Virus record (IMG/VR): IMGVR_UViG_3300030100_000755
Span: 19,987-83,986 of that record
DNA: 64,000 nucleotides
Strand: one strand, 5' to 3'
From: a virus
Taxonomy: Duplodnaviria; Caudoviricetes
Of this stretch, positions 8,963-20,000 are shown piece by piece. A program made the translations under genes and the position numbers. The notes under the pieces were generated by a model. It was not told the DNA's origin. It saw only the letters and a list, made by a program, of their open reading frames with translations, and ran no database searches. How positions within the stretch are numbered: the stretch's first letter is position 1; each line of letters starts with the position of its first letter.

Positions 8963-11900
8963 TTAATTTAGTATATTTTCAAAAGTACTTATGGAGCACT
9001 TTTGATTTCTTCCTGATAGATTTAATTGGTCTACTTCTATTGTATAAGTGTAAGTTGTGCTGCTAGTGTTAGAATCAATTAGATTTGTACCAAAGGAATA
9101 ATAATCCGTAGTAAGGTACTCACCCTGCTCATAACGTACATCACGAGTAACATTAATCTTACCTGACTCTAGGGTAGAGCTACCACGTTTCACAGTGTAG
9201 TCTATTAAGTACGTAGACGTTCCTACACCACCTGACGGAGCACTACTAGTGTTAGCAAAAGCACTACCTGACGAACCAACAGTAATTGATACATTCTTAC
9301 CTGCACTTTTATGGTTTACAGAAGCGGAGTATACGCCAGTAGCTGACTGACTTTCAACAACACCCCCTTCAAAGAAACTACCTTTAATATACCCCGTACC
9401 ATCTTTCTTAATCCAGAATGTACCATTAGCATCATTCTTAGCCCCCTTACCAATCCAGAACATATAAGTCCCGTCATCTTCCATTATGGCTCTTGATGCG
9501 CTTGCTGATTGAGTTGTTGCAACTCTACCGCCTGATACACTAGCACCAGAGATAGTGCCGCCTGTAATAGTGGATGCTGTAATAGTAGCACCGCTCACAT
9601 TACCACTGAATGTACCTGAGTCAGCGATAATCTCACCATCAAATACATAGCGACCATTCTCAACATCAAAATAAATCATTGGTGTGTTATCATCGTCAAC
9701 GAATACAACACTGTCTGATTTGAACTCTATTTGTTGTTGTGAATTACTACCGCTAACAAATATACCTGTCACTTGGTCGTTAACATTAACACCAAAGAAA
9801 GCCCTAGCTTCTAATTCACCAATAGACTGATTAAAGTTGGTATTCAATTGAACCTGAGCAGCGGCGAAATCCTCGTTATCCTCTACTCGGTTTGTTAACT
9901 GTGTAACACTACTAGCAGCGCCATCGGCAGTTGATTGAGCAGTCTGAACAAATCCATACAAAGCACTAGAGTTAGTTTGAGGGTTATCTAGCTTACCTTG
10001 AACGCCACTGATTGCAGTAGCTTGCTGACCATTAACAACTTCCACGCTATCTATGCGAGATAATGCGCCACTTAAACCGCTATCTAAATCGTTAACTTCT
10101 ATCTCAAGCGCATCAATGGCGGATGTTTGTTGCCCATTAACTGTTTCAACGTCATTTAACCTAGTTAACGCCCCACTAATATCACCATCATTATTGGTAA
10201 CTCTCAAATCTAGCTGGCTTATAGCCGTAGCCTGTTGCCCATTAATGGTTTCAACGCTGTCAAGCCTAGTTAGCGAGCTACTAATATCTGACTCTACATC
10301 AGTTACTCTTTGCTGTAATCCACTTATAACCGTTGCTTGCTGCCCATTAACAGTCTCTACACTGGATAACCTAGTTAAAGCACCACTCAACCCACTATCT
10401 AAATCATCAACCTCTATCTCTAATGCATCAATAGCACTAGTTTGTTGATTGTTAACTGTTTCAACGCTGCTTAATCTAGTTAACGCACCATTTATATCAC
10501 CATCGTTACTAGTGACTCGCAAGTCTAGTTGACTAATCGCTGATGCTTGTTGCCCATTAACAGTCTCTACACTATCAAGCCTACTTAAAGTGCCACCAAG
10601 CCCAGCGTCTAAGTCGTTAACCAACAACTGCAAACCACTTATAGCAGATGAGTTATTGTCAGCATCTATTTCTACTTGGTCAACTCTTTTAATCGTTGCT
10701 AATATGTCTGACTCTGTATCGCCCACTCGCAAAGAAAGGCCACTAATCGCTGATGTATTACCATCAACATCAGTTTGAACCCTGTCAACTCTGTCATTGG
10801 TAGCAGTGATTAGATTGCCGTTAATAACAGTAAACGCTTCAAGGCTCGTTAGCTGTTCAGCAAGCGCACCATCTGGACCAATATCAACGTTGATTTTATT
10901 GATAGCATCAGCAAAGTTTGTGTTAGTCGATAAATCACCCGCTCGTATTTTAGCGATATCTATCTCAGCAAATAAAGCGGCAATGTCAGACTCTTGGTTT
11001 CTCGACCGCTCTGTATAGATACCATACGCATTGTTAACAATCTCACCATTCTGTGCATCTATGCGCTCATTAGCTTCGATGAATTGCGCGGTGTTGTCAT
11101 CCTGATTTGACTGTACTGTTTGAGCAAGTGTTGTAACTGTTCCGCCTAACGCATCAATCTCAATACCAGCGGTATTCGCCTTAACAATCGTGTCGTTATC
11201 AATCAACTCCTGCCTAGTCGCTTGTAAGTCAATGATGCTATTCAAGCCATCAACAGTAGTCTCAACATTACTAAATGTAACGGTGTTGTTGTTATATTCG
11301 GTAACGGTTACACGCTGTGTTATTGCCGCCTCATTAGCATCAATATCTAATTCAGCCTGTGATACTCGCGCTTGTACGCTTTCAAGCTCAAGTAGTGAAG
11401 AGTCTGGTTTACCGATTATAATAGACGTAATCGTAAACTCATCAGCAACGCTGTTACCAAGCACCAACCTAACGCGATTAATAGTACCGTTATAAGATGA
11501 TATACCTCTAAAGTCAGCACTAACCGTTACAGCACCAACAGACGGCTCTGCAATGATTCCAGCGTAGGTTTCTGTGGTAGTGTCGTCACGCTCGATGATA
11601 ACGTCACCACGCCATCCTGAGCCGCTTGTGCGTTCGATACCAATACGAATTAATTGGTTTTCAGACGCATCGAAGTTAAGTGAATCATTTTCAATATCAC
11701 CAAACGCAACGTCTACTTCGTTAACACCATTTATGATTGTACCATTTACTGCAACCCATCCCTGAGCGCTGTCAAAGAAATTAAATGAGTGAGCAGGGGT
11801 TAGGGCACTAATTGACTCATTAACAATACTCGTTGCTGTTGCTGTTATCTGACCCGGTATTAATGATAATTCAGAAGATAGGTTTGTGACCTCACCCTCA

Positions 11901-14900
11901 ACTGTTTCAATGCGCTGTGTAGCAATATCAACTTCACCAGATACACCATCAATTAATAACTGAGCATTAGTGAATGATTCGTCTGTGTAGTTAAATGCTC
12001 GGTTAACTATTTGCCCGTTAGTTGGATCAACATAAACAACAGCATCAATAAGAGACTCACCAGCAGCTACTCTTCGCGCCAATTCCTCACGACTAGCAGC
12101 AGCTTGGATTTCAGATTGTAATAATTCAAGTTCAGATTGTTGTCTACGCTCAGATTCTGTTTTTAACCTAAATTCTATGTCACGATTAATACCAGATATT
12201 GCTGTGATCGAGTCAGTAATGTTTGATATATCTAGGTTAATATCATCAATATCAGAACCAATATCAGTAATGTCTAGGTTAATATCATCAATATCAGAAC
12301 CAATGTCGATAATATCTAGGTTAATATCATCAATACCAATCTCAATATTATCTAGTTCATCACGAATAGTATCGCTATTGAACACAACCTCTACTGATGT
12401 GGATGCATAATCAGACTCATTACCAGCAACATCAATAGTCTTAACAAAGAAATAATGAGTACCAACATCAGTTGTTGAGTATGTAGTGGTTAATGCATCT
12501 ACGCTACCGATTCCTATACTATCAGAAACATCTGTGAATGGTGGCTTACTAACTCTCACTTCATAATTATCAATAGCATAACCATTATTCGAGATAGACC
12601 ATCTCAGCCTAGATGTTAGACCCTCTTGTTCAGCAATGAAACTATTAGGGATAGGTGGTTGATTGACAAGTACATCAACGCTATCACCAATACCATATTC
12701 ACCAAACGTGTTGAATGATGATACATAATACATTTGTTGTGTTGTGAGTAATCCTAAGAAGAATGAATTATCCTTGGTTACACCAACAAAATTTTCATCT
12801 TCCACACCAAAGTTCAAATCAGTTCTGATCTCATAACCAGCTAACTCAGGGTCTTGAACAGGAGTGTATGTTAAGTACGTACCGTCTAAATTATGAACGT
12901 AGTTTAAGTTCTCAACTTCTGGTAAATCTTCACCTGCTCTTAGTTCAACAATAACGTTATTAGACCAACCAGAAACAGCACCGATTGGTGATCGAAATTG
13001 AGACCTAACCTCATATTTCAAACCACGATCTAGTGTTGTAACCTCAAAAGCAAACTGTGCTACATCACCTTGTGCAATATACTCCCAACCATCATCTTCA
13101 TCAAGAAAATACTCGTCTGGTGTGGTAGCAGTGAGTGGGAATGAACGCGCTTGAATATAAGCCCTATAATTCTTAGCTGGATATGATTGATCAGGACTAT
13201 TCACCAATATACTCATTACACCACGATTAGTGCTAACAGACATTACTGGACTAGGTGGTTGTGTAGTATCAGTTGGTATTGCAATGCTTGGATTATATGT
13301 GGGTACGGGATTACCATCGAAATCATACAACTCGTTTGCAGCATTCAACAGTGTTAATGTAGCACCTAAATCTTCATTATATTTTATGCTAGTGATAATA
13401 CAGTCGATGGCTTCTTTACCCACTTCACCATATATAACTAAATCACCAACTAAAACCTCAGCATCTAATGTATCACAATCAAATTGACCATCACCTAAAT
13501 ATGTGGCAGGACTAGTAGTAATAACACCTTTACTATCTCTAACCTGAACACCGAAGTTATTAGGTGGTAATTGGTCTGTGTTTATTTGTTCATCTAAAGT
13601 TATGACATTACCATTGATAGCTTTAATTCTACCAGCACCTAAGCCAACATTAATTATGTCATTGGTAACACGAACTAAATCACCACGCTTACTTGCTAAA
13701 ACCTCAGCATCTAAGTCTAAAGTATAAGCTTCTCGTCTTAGGAATTGCTCATAATAATCTAATCGAGTAAGACGATACGCTTGGTCAAAGTTGTCCACAC
13801 CCCATAAATCAACAGACGTGTATCTACCTTTAAGTAGTGTTTGGTCTAACGCTTTAGCAGGATCTAAGAATGTACCTTCATCTTGCTCATAATCAACATC
13901 TTTAGATTCAAACGTAAACTTAACACCATCTACTACTTCTGGATAAACTCTACGTGATTGGAAGTTAGCGCTGTTCTTAGGTGTAAATATTTGACGAGGT
14001 ACTACTTGCTTAATCTTTTCAATTACGCCAAACTTACCCTCATTAAATTGGAACTCAGCACGACCAACATAAGAAACATTTTTTAATTCTGTTAGTAATG
14101 TTGATTGGTAATCTATTAACGCAGAAATAGTCCAATTCTCATCAATACAACGCTGTCTCCAAGTCGATAAGCTATTATTATCGATCTTATCGTTAGGGAT
14201 AGGGCTGTAATTCATACCTCCCTGCATTAACCACTTATAAGCATCAGCAGGGTTATTAGAAGGTTCTAAGGTAAGGTTAGGCCAATCGCGCCAATCAGTA
14301 CTTTTATCAGAAGGGACAACCATTGTAGCATCACAATAAAGGTTATCTAAGTTACCATTTAACTGACCAGTGGCTCTCATTCTAACACCGATAACAGTAG
14401 GTCTAAAGTTACGAACAACATTACCATCATAACGAAGTCTTGGTCTGTTATAACCAATAGCCTCTTTAAACCCATCATCAGTCAACGGTCTAATTGTTTG
14501 CAAGTTTTCCCACTGAACATCAGCGGAACCCCTAGCCTCCTCAACTCGCTCTCTAGTAGGACCAACTTTTCTTGTTCTAATATTTATACTAGTTTGATTA
14601 CCCCATATTTGCGGAACACGAGGTATTCTAATTGATTTTAGCTTAGGTTTTCTAGTTGAATCGGTATATACTAGAGAGCCGATCTTATAGTTCTCTGGTA
14701 GGTTCTTGAAGAATAATAACCCATCTACATTAATGACTTCATAGTTACCTAATGATGATAGTCGCTCACCATTAGCGTTTACGAAACCCTCATCGAGTAG
14801 TCCATATATTTTATTCAGGATTGAACTGTCTTTCCATACTACAAAATCACCTTGATATGGAGATACAGCATAATCTCTAGGGTGTAAGACTGTACCACTA

Positions 14901-15769
14901 GTTGCCCTTTGAGGCTTAACTACTGTCCACCAATCACCATTCTCATCCTGTATGTCTTGTCTAACCTCAACAATTTGAGGTTCATTATTACCCTTCTTAT
15001 CCATTGAGAATACGCCAGAAGGGAATAGGAAATTACTCACAATGGTTTCTGGATTAGGAGCAGTTGTTCTGTTAGTCCAACCTTCCTCTTCACGCAATTC
15101 AATCTGTACTAATTCTTGATTAATATCTTGTTTCCAGAACTCACGGATAACAGATTCATCGGTATTTTCAAAATGATCTAATACGACAACTTCAACATCA
15201 TCAAAATCTTCTATTGATGTTTCACCAATACGGAAGTTTTCTAATTTAAGAGGGCCATAACCAGCAGAGAATAATGCGTGGAAATATTCCCTATCACCCT
15301 CTACTGTGGTGTAAGGGCGAGAAATATAAGAAGGAGCAATCTTACGCTTACCTAGTAAGGCTTGAAATGGTTCATAAAGTGGGGTTTTGTTTTTAAGTCC
15401 AGATATGCGGTCAAATTTATTTTCATCTGAACCTTCTGTGTTTTGATCACCAATACTGGGCATTAACGCAATAGATAACGCAACAGAGCCTACAACGATT
15501 AACGCTACTACCCACGGTGAAATAGGATCGGCAGGAACTAATGTAACATGAACAACATCATCTACTTTTGGTTTATAGTTACCATGTACCACTTCACCAT
15601 TAACTAATACTTGTGGGTTTGAGCCTGTATTGTTAGAGGCATTTTTCTTTATATCAGATACAGAAACGCCCACCCCTATATGATGAAGGGTAGGCTCATT
15701 AAACGGGTGTTCTTGTACTAAGAGAGAAAATACGGGTGTCGATAAAATGCCCTGATCTTTGCTTTCCAC
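8963..15769 (-). CDS. Tail tip / central fibre host-specificity protein (lambda J-like)
   Basis: 2268 aa; N-terminal ubiquitin-like I-type region, J-like core (PSNNPADAY), FN3-like domains, long coiled coil, DUF1983-like end; GTG start with AGGAG SD. Confidence 0.88.
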   Translation of the reverse strand: MESKDQGILSTPVFSLLVQEHPFNEPTLHHIGVGVSVSDIKKNASNNTGSNPQVLVNGEVVHGNYKPKVDDVVHVTLVPADPISPWVVALIVVGSVALSIALMPSIGDQNTEGSDENKFDRISGLKNKTPLYEPFQALLGKRKIAPSYISRPYTTVEGDREYFHALFSAGYGPLKLENFRIGETSIEDFDDVEVVVLDHFENTDESVIREFWKQDINQELVQIELREEEGWTNRTTAPNPETIVSNFLFPSGVFSMDKKGNNEPQIVEVRQDIQDENGDWWTVVKPQRATSGTVLHPRDYAVSPYQGDFVVWKDSSILNKIYGLLDEGFVNANGERLSSLGNYEVINVDGLLFFKNLPENYKIGSLVYTDSTRKPKLKSIRIPRVPQIWGNQTSINIRTRKVGPTRERVEEARGSADVQWENLQTIRPLTDDGFKEAIGYNRPRLRYDGNVVRNFRPTVIGVRMRATGQLNGNLDNLYCDATMVVPSDKSTDWRDWPNLTLEPSNNPADAYKWLMQGGMNYSPIPNDKIDNNSLSTWRQRCIDENWTISALIDYQSTLLTELKNVSYVGRAEFQFNEGKFGVIEKIKQVVPRQIFTPKNSANFQSRRVYPEVVDGVKFTFESKDVDYEQDEGTFLDPAKALDQTLLKGRYTSVDLWGVDNFDQAYRLTRLDYYEQFLRREAYTLDLDAEVLASKRGDLVRVTNDIINVGLGAGRIKAINGNVITLDEQINTDQLPPNNFGVQVRDSKGVITTSPATYLGDGQFDCDTLDAEVLVGDLVIYGEVGKEAIDCIITSIKYNEDLGATLTLLNAANELYDFDGNPVPTYNPSIAIPTDTTQPPSPVMSVSTNRGVMSILVNSPDQSYPAKNYRAYIQARSFPLTATTPDEYFLDEDDGWEYIAQGDVAQFAFEVTTLDRGLKYEVRSQFRSPIGAVSGWSNNVIVELRAGEDLPEVENLNYVHNLDGTYLTYTPVQDPELAGYEIRTDLNFGVEDENFVGVTKDNSFFLGLLTTQQMYYVSSFNTFGEYGIGDSVDVLVNQPPIPNSFIAEQEGLTSRLRWSISNNGYAIDNYEVRVSKPPFTDVSDSIGIGSVDALTTTYSTTDVGTHYFFVKTIDVAGNESDYASTSVEVVFNSDTIRDELDNIEIGIDDINLDIIDIGSDIDDINLDITDIGSDIDDINLDISNITDSITAISGINRDIEFRLKTESERRQQSELELLQSEIQAAASREELARRVAAGESLIDAVVYVDPTNGQIVNRAFNYTDESFTNAQLLIDGVSGEVDIATQRIETVEGEVTNLSSELSLIPGQITATATSIVNESISALTPAHSFNFFDSAQGWVAVNGTIINGVNEVDVAFGDIENDSLNFDASENQLIRIGIERTSGSGWRGDVIIERDDTTTETYAGIIAEPSVGAVTVSADFRGISSYNGTINRVRLVLGNSVADEFTITSIIIGKPDSSLLELESVQARVSQAELDIDANEAAITQRVTVTEYNNNTVTFSNVETTVDGLNSIIDLQATRQELIDNDTIVKANTAGIEIDALGGTVTTLAQTVQSNQDDNTAQFIEANERIDAQNGEIVNNAYGIYTERSRNQESDIAALFAEIDIAKIRAGDLSTNTNFADAINKINVDIGPDGALAEQLTSLEAFTVINGNLITATNDRVDRVQTDVDGNTSAISGLSLRVGDTESDILATIKRVDQVEIDADNNSSAISGLQLLVNDLDAGLGGTLSRLDSVETVNGQQASAISQLDLRVTSNDGDINGALTRLSSVETVNNQQTSAIDALEIEVDDLDSGLSGALTRLSSVETVNGQQATVISGLQQRVTDVESDISSSLTRLDSVETINGQQATAISQLDLRVTNNDGDISGALTRLNDVETVNGQQTSAIDALEIEVNDLDSGLSGALSRIDSVEVVNGQQATAISGVQGKLDNPQTNSSALYGFVQTAQSTADGAASSVTQLTNRVEDNEDFAAAQVQLNTNFNQSIGELEARAFFGVNVNDQVTGIFVSGSNSQQQIEFKSDSVVFVDDDNTPMIYFDVENGRYVFDGEIIADSGTFSGNVSGATITASTITGGTISGASVSGGRVATTQSASASRAIMEDDGTYMFWIGKGAKNDANGTFWIKKDGTGYIKGSFFEGGVVESQSATGVYSASVNHKSAGKNVSITVGSSGSAFANTSSAPSGGVGTSTYLIDYTVKRGSSTLESGKINVTRDVRYEQGEYLTTDYYSFGTNLIDSNTSSTTYTYTIEVDQLNLSGRNQKCSISTFENILN
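10005..10590 (-). repeat. Six 105-bp (35-aa) coiled-coil repeats inside the tail tip gene
   Basis: VETVNGQQ-type motif recurs at a 105-bp period (about 10026, 10131, 10236, 10341, 10446, 10551). Confidence 0.85.
12231..12335 (-). repeat. 42-bp tandem repeat (about 2.5 copies; DIDDINLDI-DIGS) in the tail tip gene
   Basis: tctaggttaatatcatcaata at 12231, 12273 and 12315. Confidence 0.9.
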
Positions 15770-16134
15770 TTATTGCTCCTAAATGATTCTATTACGCTAC
15801 CACCCTTATCAAATGCGTGAATCATGTAGTCTTTATCTACTACCATACCAATGTGAGTAGGTTGACCTGCATTGTCTATGAGGATTAAATCACCCTCTTG
15901 TGGCTGCTCTTCAATAGACAATTTTTGACACTCCTTATATAACCCCGTACCAGTTATAAAAGAAGATGTACCCTTACGACCTTCCTTGATAAAGTTACAT
16001 TCTTTATAGCGCGGTAACTCGACACCATACAAATCAGAATAAATAGTAACCACCAATCCCCAACAGTCTACTATTCCATTTTCCCTACCGTTATTACCGT
16101 AAGGCAAACCAATATAGGGTATGAATTTTTCCAT
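15718..16134 (-). CDS. NlpC/P60 tail assembly protein (lambda K-like)
   Basis: YIGLPY..GR...DCWGLV and HIGM...MIHA motifs; ATG 16134 is the likely start. Confidence 0.88.
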   Translation of the reverse strand: MEKFIPYIGLPYGNNGRENGIVDCWGLVVTIYSDLYGVELPRYKECNFIKEGRKGTSSFITGTGLYKECQKLSIEEQPQEGDLILIDNAGQPTHIGMVVDKDYMIHAFDKGGSVIESFRSNKWKAKIRAFYRHPYFLS

Positions 16135-16135
16135 A

Positions 16136-16639
16136 TTATTGACCCTGTACTGTAACGTTTTCCCATAACAAGGGGAATATATTAGGGGTAACAATGTCAC
16201 CAACAATAGGCTCACTCAACACAGGCTCAGACTCAAGTTGAATAGTTACGGCACTATCTTTAACAGTCCATTCTTTAGCTCTAAATTCAATCTCAGGTAA
16301 CTCAACAACGTCTGGTCTTTCAGCCACCACTACTGACAAATATACATCAGGGGCTTCATTAAATATGCGCAATTCATTTATGACTTGTCTGTCACCACTA
16401 TCAAATGTTAATGTAACATCAGGCATATTATCTGATTCATCAGATCCTAGTGACATTTTAAATGCAGCAGCTTGATACACTTGCCCATTACTTGTAATTG
16501 GTTGCCAATTATTTACGTAATATTTATTAACAACATTACCGTCATTATCGAATCCTTTATAACGCAATAATGGTAATAGTGTTGTAGGCATATATTGTGA
16601 AAACACATCTTGTAGTGTATCTGGGGTTAGGTCAGGCAT
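16136..16639 (-). CDS. DUF1833-like tail hub protein
   Basis: YYVNNWQPITSNGQVYQAAAF pattern; position between the distal tail gene and NlpC/P60. Confidence 0.7.
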   Translation of the reverse strand: MPDLTPDTLQDVFSQYMPTTLLPLLRYKGFDNDGNVVNKYYVNNWQPITSNGQVYQAAAFKMSLGSDESDNMPDVTLTFDSGDRQVINELRIFNEAPDVYLSVVVAERPDVVELPEIEFRAKEWTVKDSAVTIQLESEPVLSEPIVGDIVTPNIFPLLWENVTVQGQ

Positions 16640-16648
16640 TCTTTTCTC

Positions 16649-16996
16649 CTATGGTAATAGCTCTAATTCACAAGTAACACGATATAAATTACCAACTTTT
16701 TCATAACGAGGTGGTGATCTAAATCGGTACTCTTTGGTTAAACCTGTTTCTGGCTCTTTCTTAAAGAATGATATTGTACCTCGACCCGCATCATTTTTAA
16801 AGAAAGAATCTAATGTAGTATATAGACTATCTTCTATTACATATTGTTCCGTAATAGTTTCAGGCATAGCCGTAGAACGATTTCGCTCCTTGGCTCTACC
16901 TGTATCTGTTGGGAATTGTAATAGTGAACTTTGCGGTGTGCGACTATAACCACTCACCAAAGGGTATTGTGGTAAATCCACAGGCCATACATTCAT
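16649..16996 (-). CDS. Distal tail protein
   Basis: WPVDLPQ...G...R.R pattern; directly after the tape measure gene. Confidence 0.7.
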   Translation of the reverse strand: MNVWPVDLPQYPLVSGYSRTPQSSLLQFPTDTGRAKERNRSTAMPETITEQYVIEDSLYTTLDSFFKNDAGRGTISFFKKEPETGLTKEYRFRSPPRYEKVGNLYRVTCELELLP

Positions 16997-17001
16997 TATT
17001 A

Positions 17002-20000
17002 TTATCTCCTAGTTGGTTTACGTGTTAATCCGTAGTTATTATTCATTGTTCTATCGGTTCGACCAGCGTTGAACTCCTCTTGCATTACTTCACGAATGAA
17101 TATACGTAATTCAGCTTTACCGTTTTCAGCGTAACCTTGTTCAGTACGAGTTGCTTCAATCTGACCATTACCTTCATTGATAACTTGGACACTAATATCA
17201 CCCCAACTGTTACCACCTGATTCATTACGTATTGTTGGTACACGACCTACACTACCACCCATTTTAAGACCAACGGGTAATTTACCTTGGTTAAGCATAT
17301 CTAGCGTATCAACACCTAATAACCTTGTAGCAGCGGCATTAATAACGTATTCACCATCAGACAATCTAGCAGGAATACTATCACTAGTACCTGTACCAGC
17401 ACCGCTCACGTAACCACCTGTGGCAAAAGATTGTGACTTAATAGCCTTTATTTGTGCGCCAACTTGTGCGCCAGCCATTGCACTCAAACCAATCTTACCC
17501 CAAAACGGAACACTAGGGTCTGCCCATACTGAGTTAACTGCCATGGCTTGTTGAATAACCGCTTGACCAATAGCCATAGCCTGATAAGCCTTAGAATTTT
17601 CCTTACCCATAGTTTGCATAACGTTCATAGCTCCACCTAATACATCATTAGCGGCTTGTGCTTGGTTTGCAAACTCCATTTGAAAATTCTGCTGCTTGTA
17701 TTGATTCTCTAAATCAGCAAGGTGGTCTTTATACATTTGACTTTCTTCACCAAATATATCTTTTAGTGTTTGTTTACGTTGTTCAAAATCTTGTCGCAAT
17801 TGTTCAGTATTGGAGATAGGCCCAATCTGCGAAGCCTGTTGTCCTTGCATTCTAGCAGCAGCTAATGCCGCTTCTTTCTGCTTATCTAATTCCATCATTG
17901 AAGCAACGTATTGGTCTACCAGCTCCTTCTTTTTTTGAGGATCAGTAATACCACCCAAGGCAGCACCAACATCTTGACTTAACTGAGTACGTTGATTATC
18001 AAAGTTCTGGTTTATCCCCGCAATATTAGAGCTACTCGCGGTTATATTTTGCATCTGCTGCCTTGCATTAAATAATGACTGTGCCGCTTTCTGTGCATCT
18101 GTTGCTGCTGTAACTTGGTCTTTGTAAGCCTTAGCTAAATCTTTCTCAAATTGAACTCTATTCTTAATATTAGTAGTAACACCTAATGAATTAGCTAATC
18201 GTTGTTTATCGGCATCACTAAGTAATTTTAATGAGTTTAATTGCTTATTCATTGCTGTGGTATTTGCTAGAGCGGCTAACTTAGCATCAACTTGTGCTTG
18301 TGTACTACTGTTTGTATATATGGTAGTTTTAGCTTGAGCCTCATTAACAGCGGTAATAGCATCAGCATATAATTTCTGCTGATTCTTTAGGTCAGTAAGA
18401 CTCTTGTTAGCATCCTTAATATCTTGCTTATATTTGAACATAGTAGCAAGCATTTTAGTTTGTTCAGCGTCTAACTCGCTAACTGAATCCTTACCTAATT
18501 TATGAGCCTCAGCTAACATGAATGCTTCTTCAGTATTACCCTTAGCTTGTAATTGTAATACAGCGTAATTTTGTTGCAGTTTTTTAAGTGAACTAGATAG
18601 AGCCTCATTAGACTTAGCACTATCACTCATTTTTTCTAATGCTTCATTCAATCTAACCTGAGCCAAATAAGCATTTCTTAAATCTTCTGGTAATTCATCA
18701 AATGAATTAACACCTTTAGATAACGCAAATCGCAATTCATTTGCAGCTTTAGCATTACCCTCTAGTTCATACAGTAATGCTTGATTTTCTTTAATTACTT
18801 GCTGTGTACTAGATTCAAAAGCCATTGATTTCAATTCTTCTGATGTAGCACCAACAGCCTCTTTAAGAACTTTCATTACATCACTAGCATCTTTAGCTTT
18901 ATTAGTAAGAGATAGAATTTTACGAAGGAACTCCTCACCCTCTTTATTCAGATTACCATATTGATCTCTTAGTCCACCTATTGTACTAGTAAAGGTTGTG
19001 ATACCCTCCGCACTAGGGTCTTTCTCTAACTCCGAGTAAGCTTCGGCAACCGTCTTACCAAAATCCCTCGCTGGTGCGCCAGCTAAACCAAATTTCTCAC
19101 CAAACTCTTCAAATGCTATACTAGCTTGGTCTACGTTTGATACGATGTTTTTTCTAGCGGATGCAATTCTTTTAACTAGTTTAGCATCTGTGAAATCAGC
19201 CAATGCTCCTAGCTCATCAGATATAGCACCAACAGCTTTCTTAACACCTTTTTCAGCCTCAGTTAAATTGAGTCCAGCTTGCACTCTAGCTAAGTCTATA
19301 TTTATCTTAGCGAGATTCATTATCTCATCAGAAAGTGTGATTAAACTACCATCTGTTTTAATCGAAGATTCACGTAGATTATCTATCGCCTCAGCAAATT
19401 CCTCTACCGCATCCTTACCGTTAAACAATGTAGGTACTAGTGCGCTACCTAACGAGAATGCAATACCAGCAATAGCACCAGCAAGAGGTACACCTAACGC
19501 AAAACCTAAGTCAGCAGATTGTTGAGATAGTGCAATCATAGGATCAACACCACCTTGTACCTGACCAACGAATTGTTGAATCTGAATACCAGCTTGACCA
19601 GCACCACGACCAACACCTTTTAATTGACTACGTAAAGCTTGACTTGTGTTTTGAACCGCATTCCTAAACTGATTAATCTTATTAGCAGAATCAACCGTAG
19701 CCGCACCATTAGCTCTTACGGCAATAGTAGCAGTATCATAAGCTGACTTTAACTTTAATTCTTCTTCTCGTTGCGCAGACAAGGTTAGATTCGAGTTTCG
19801 TATAACTTGAACATATCTTTGATATTGTCTTTCTAATTCAGCAAGCTTGTTTACCTTAGAAACCTCTTGAGCTTCTGTGGTTTTAGTTACTTTGCTGTAT
19901 GACGCTAACCCTCTATTTATTTCACTTAATGATGAACTGTAATTAGCGTTAGCTTGTGATACTTTGGTTGTCTTACCAGCGGCACTTTCAATTTCACTAG

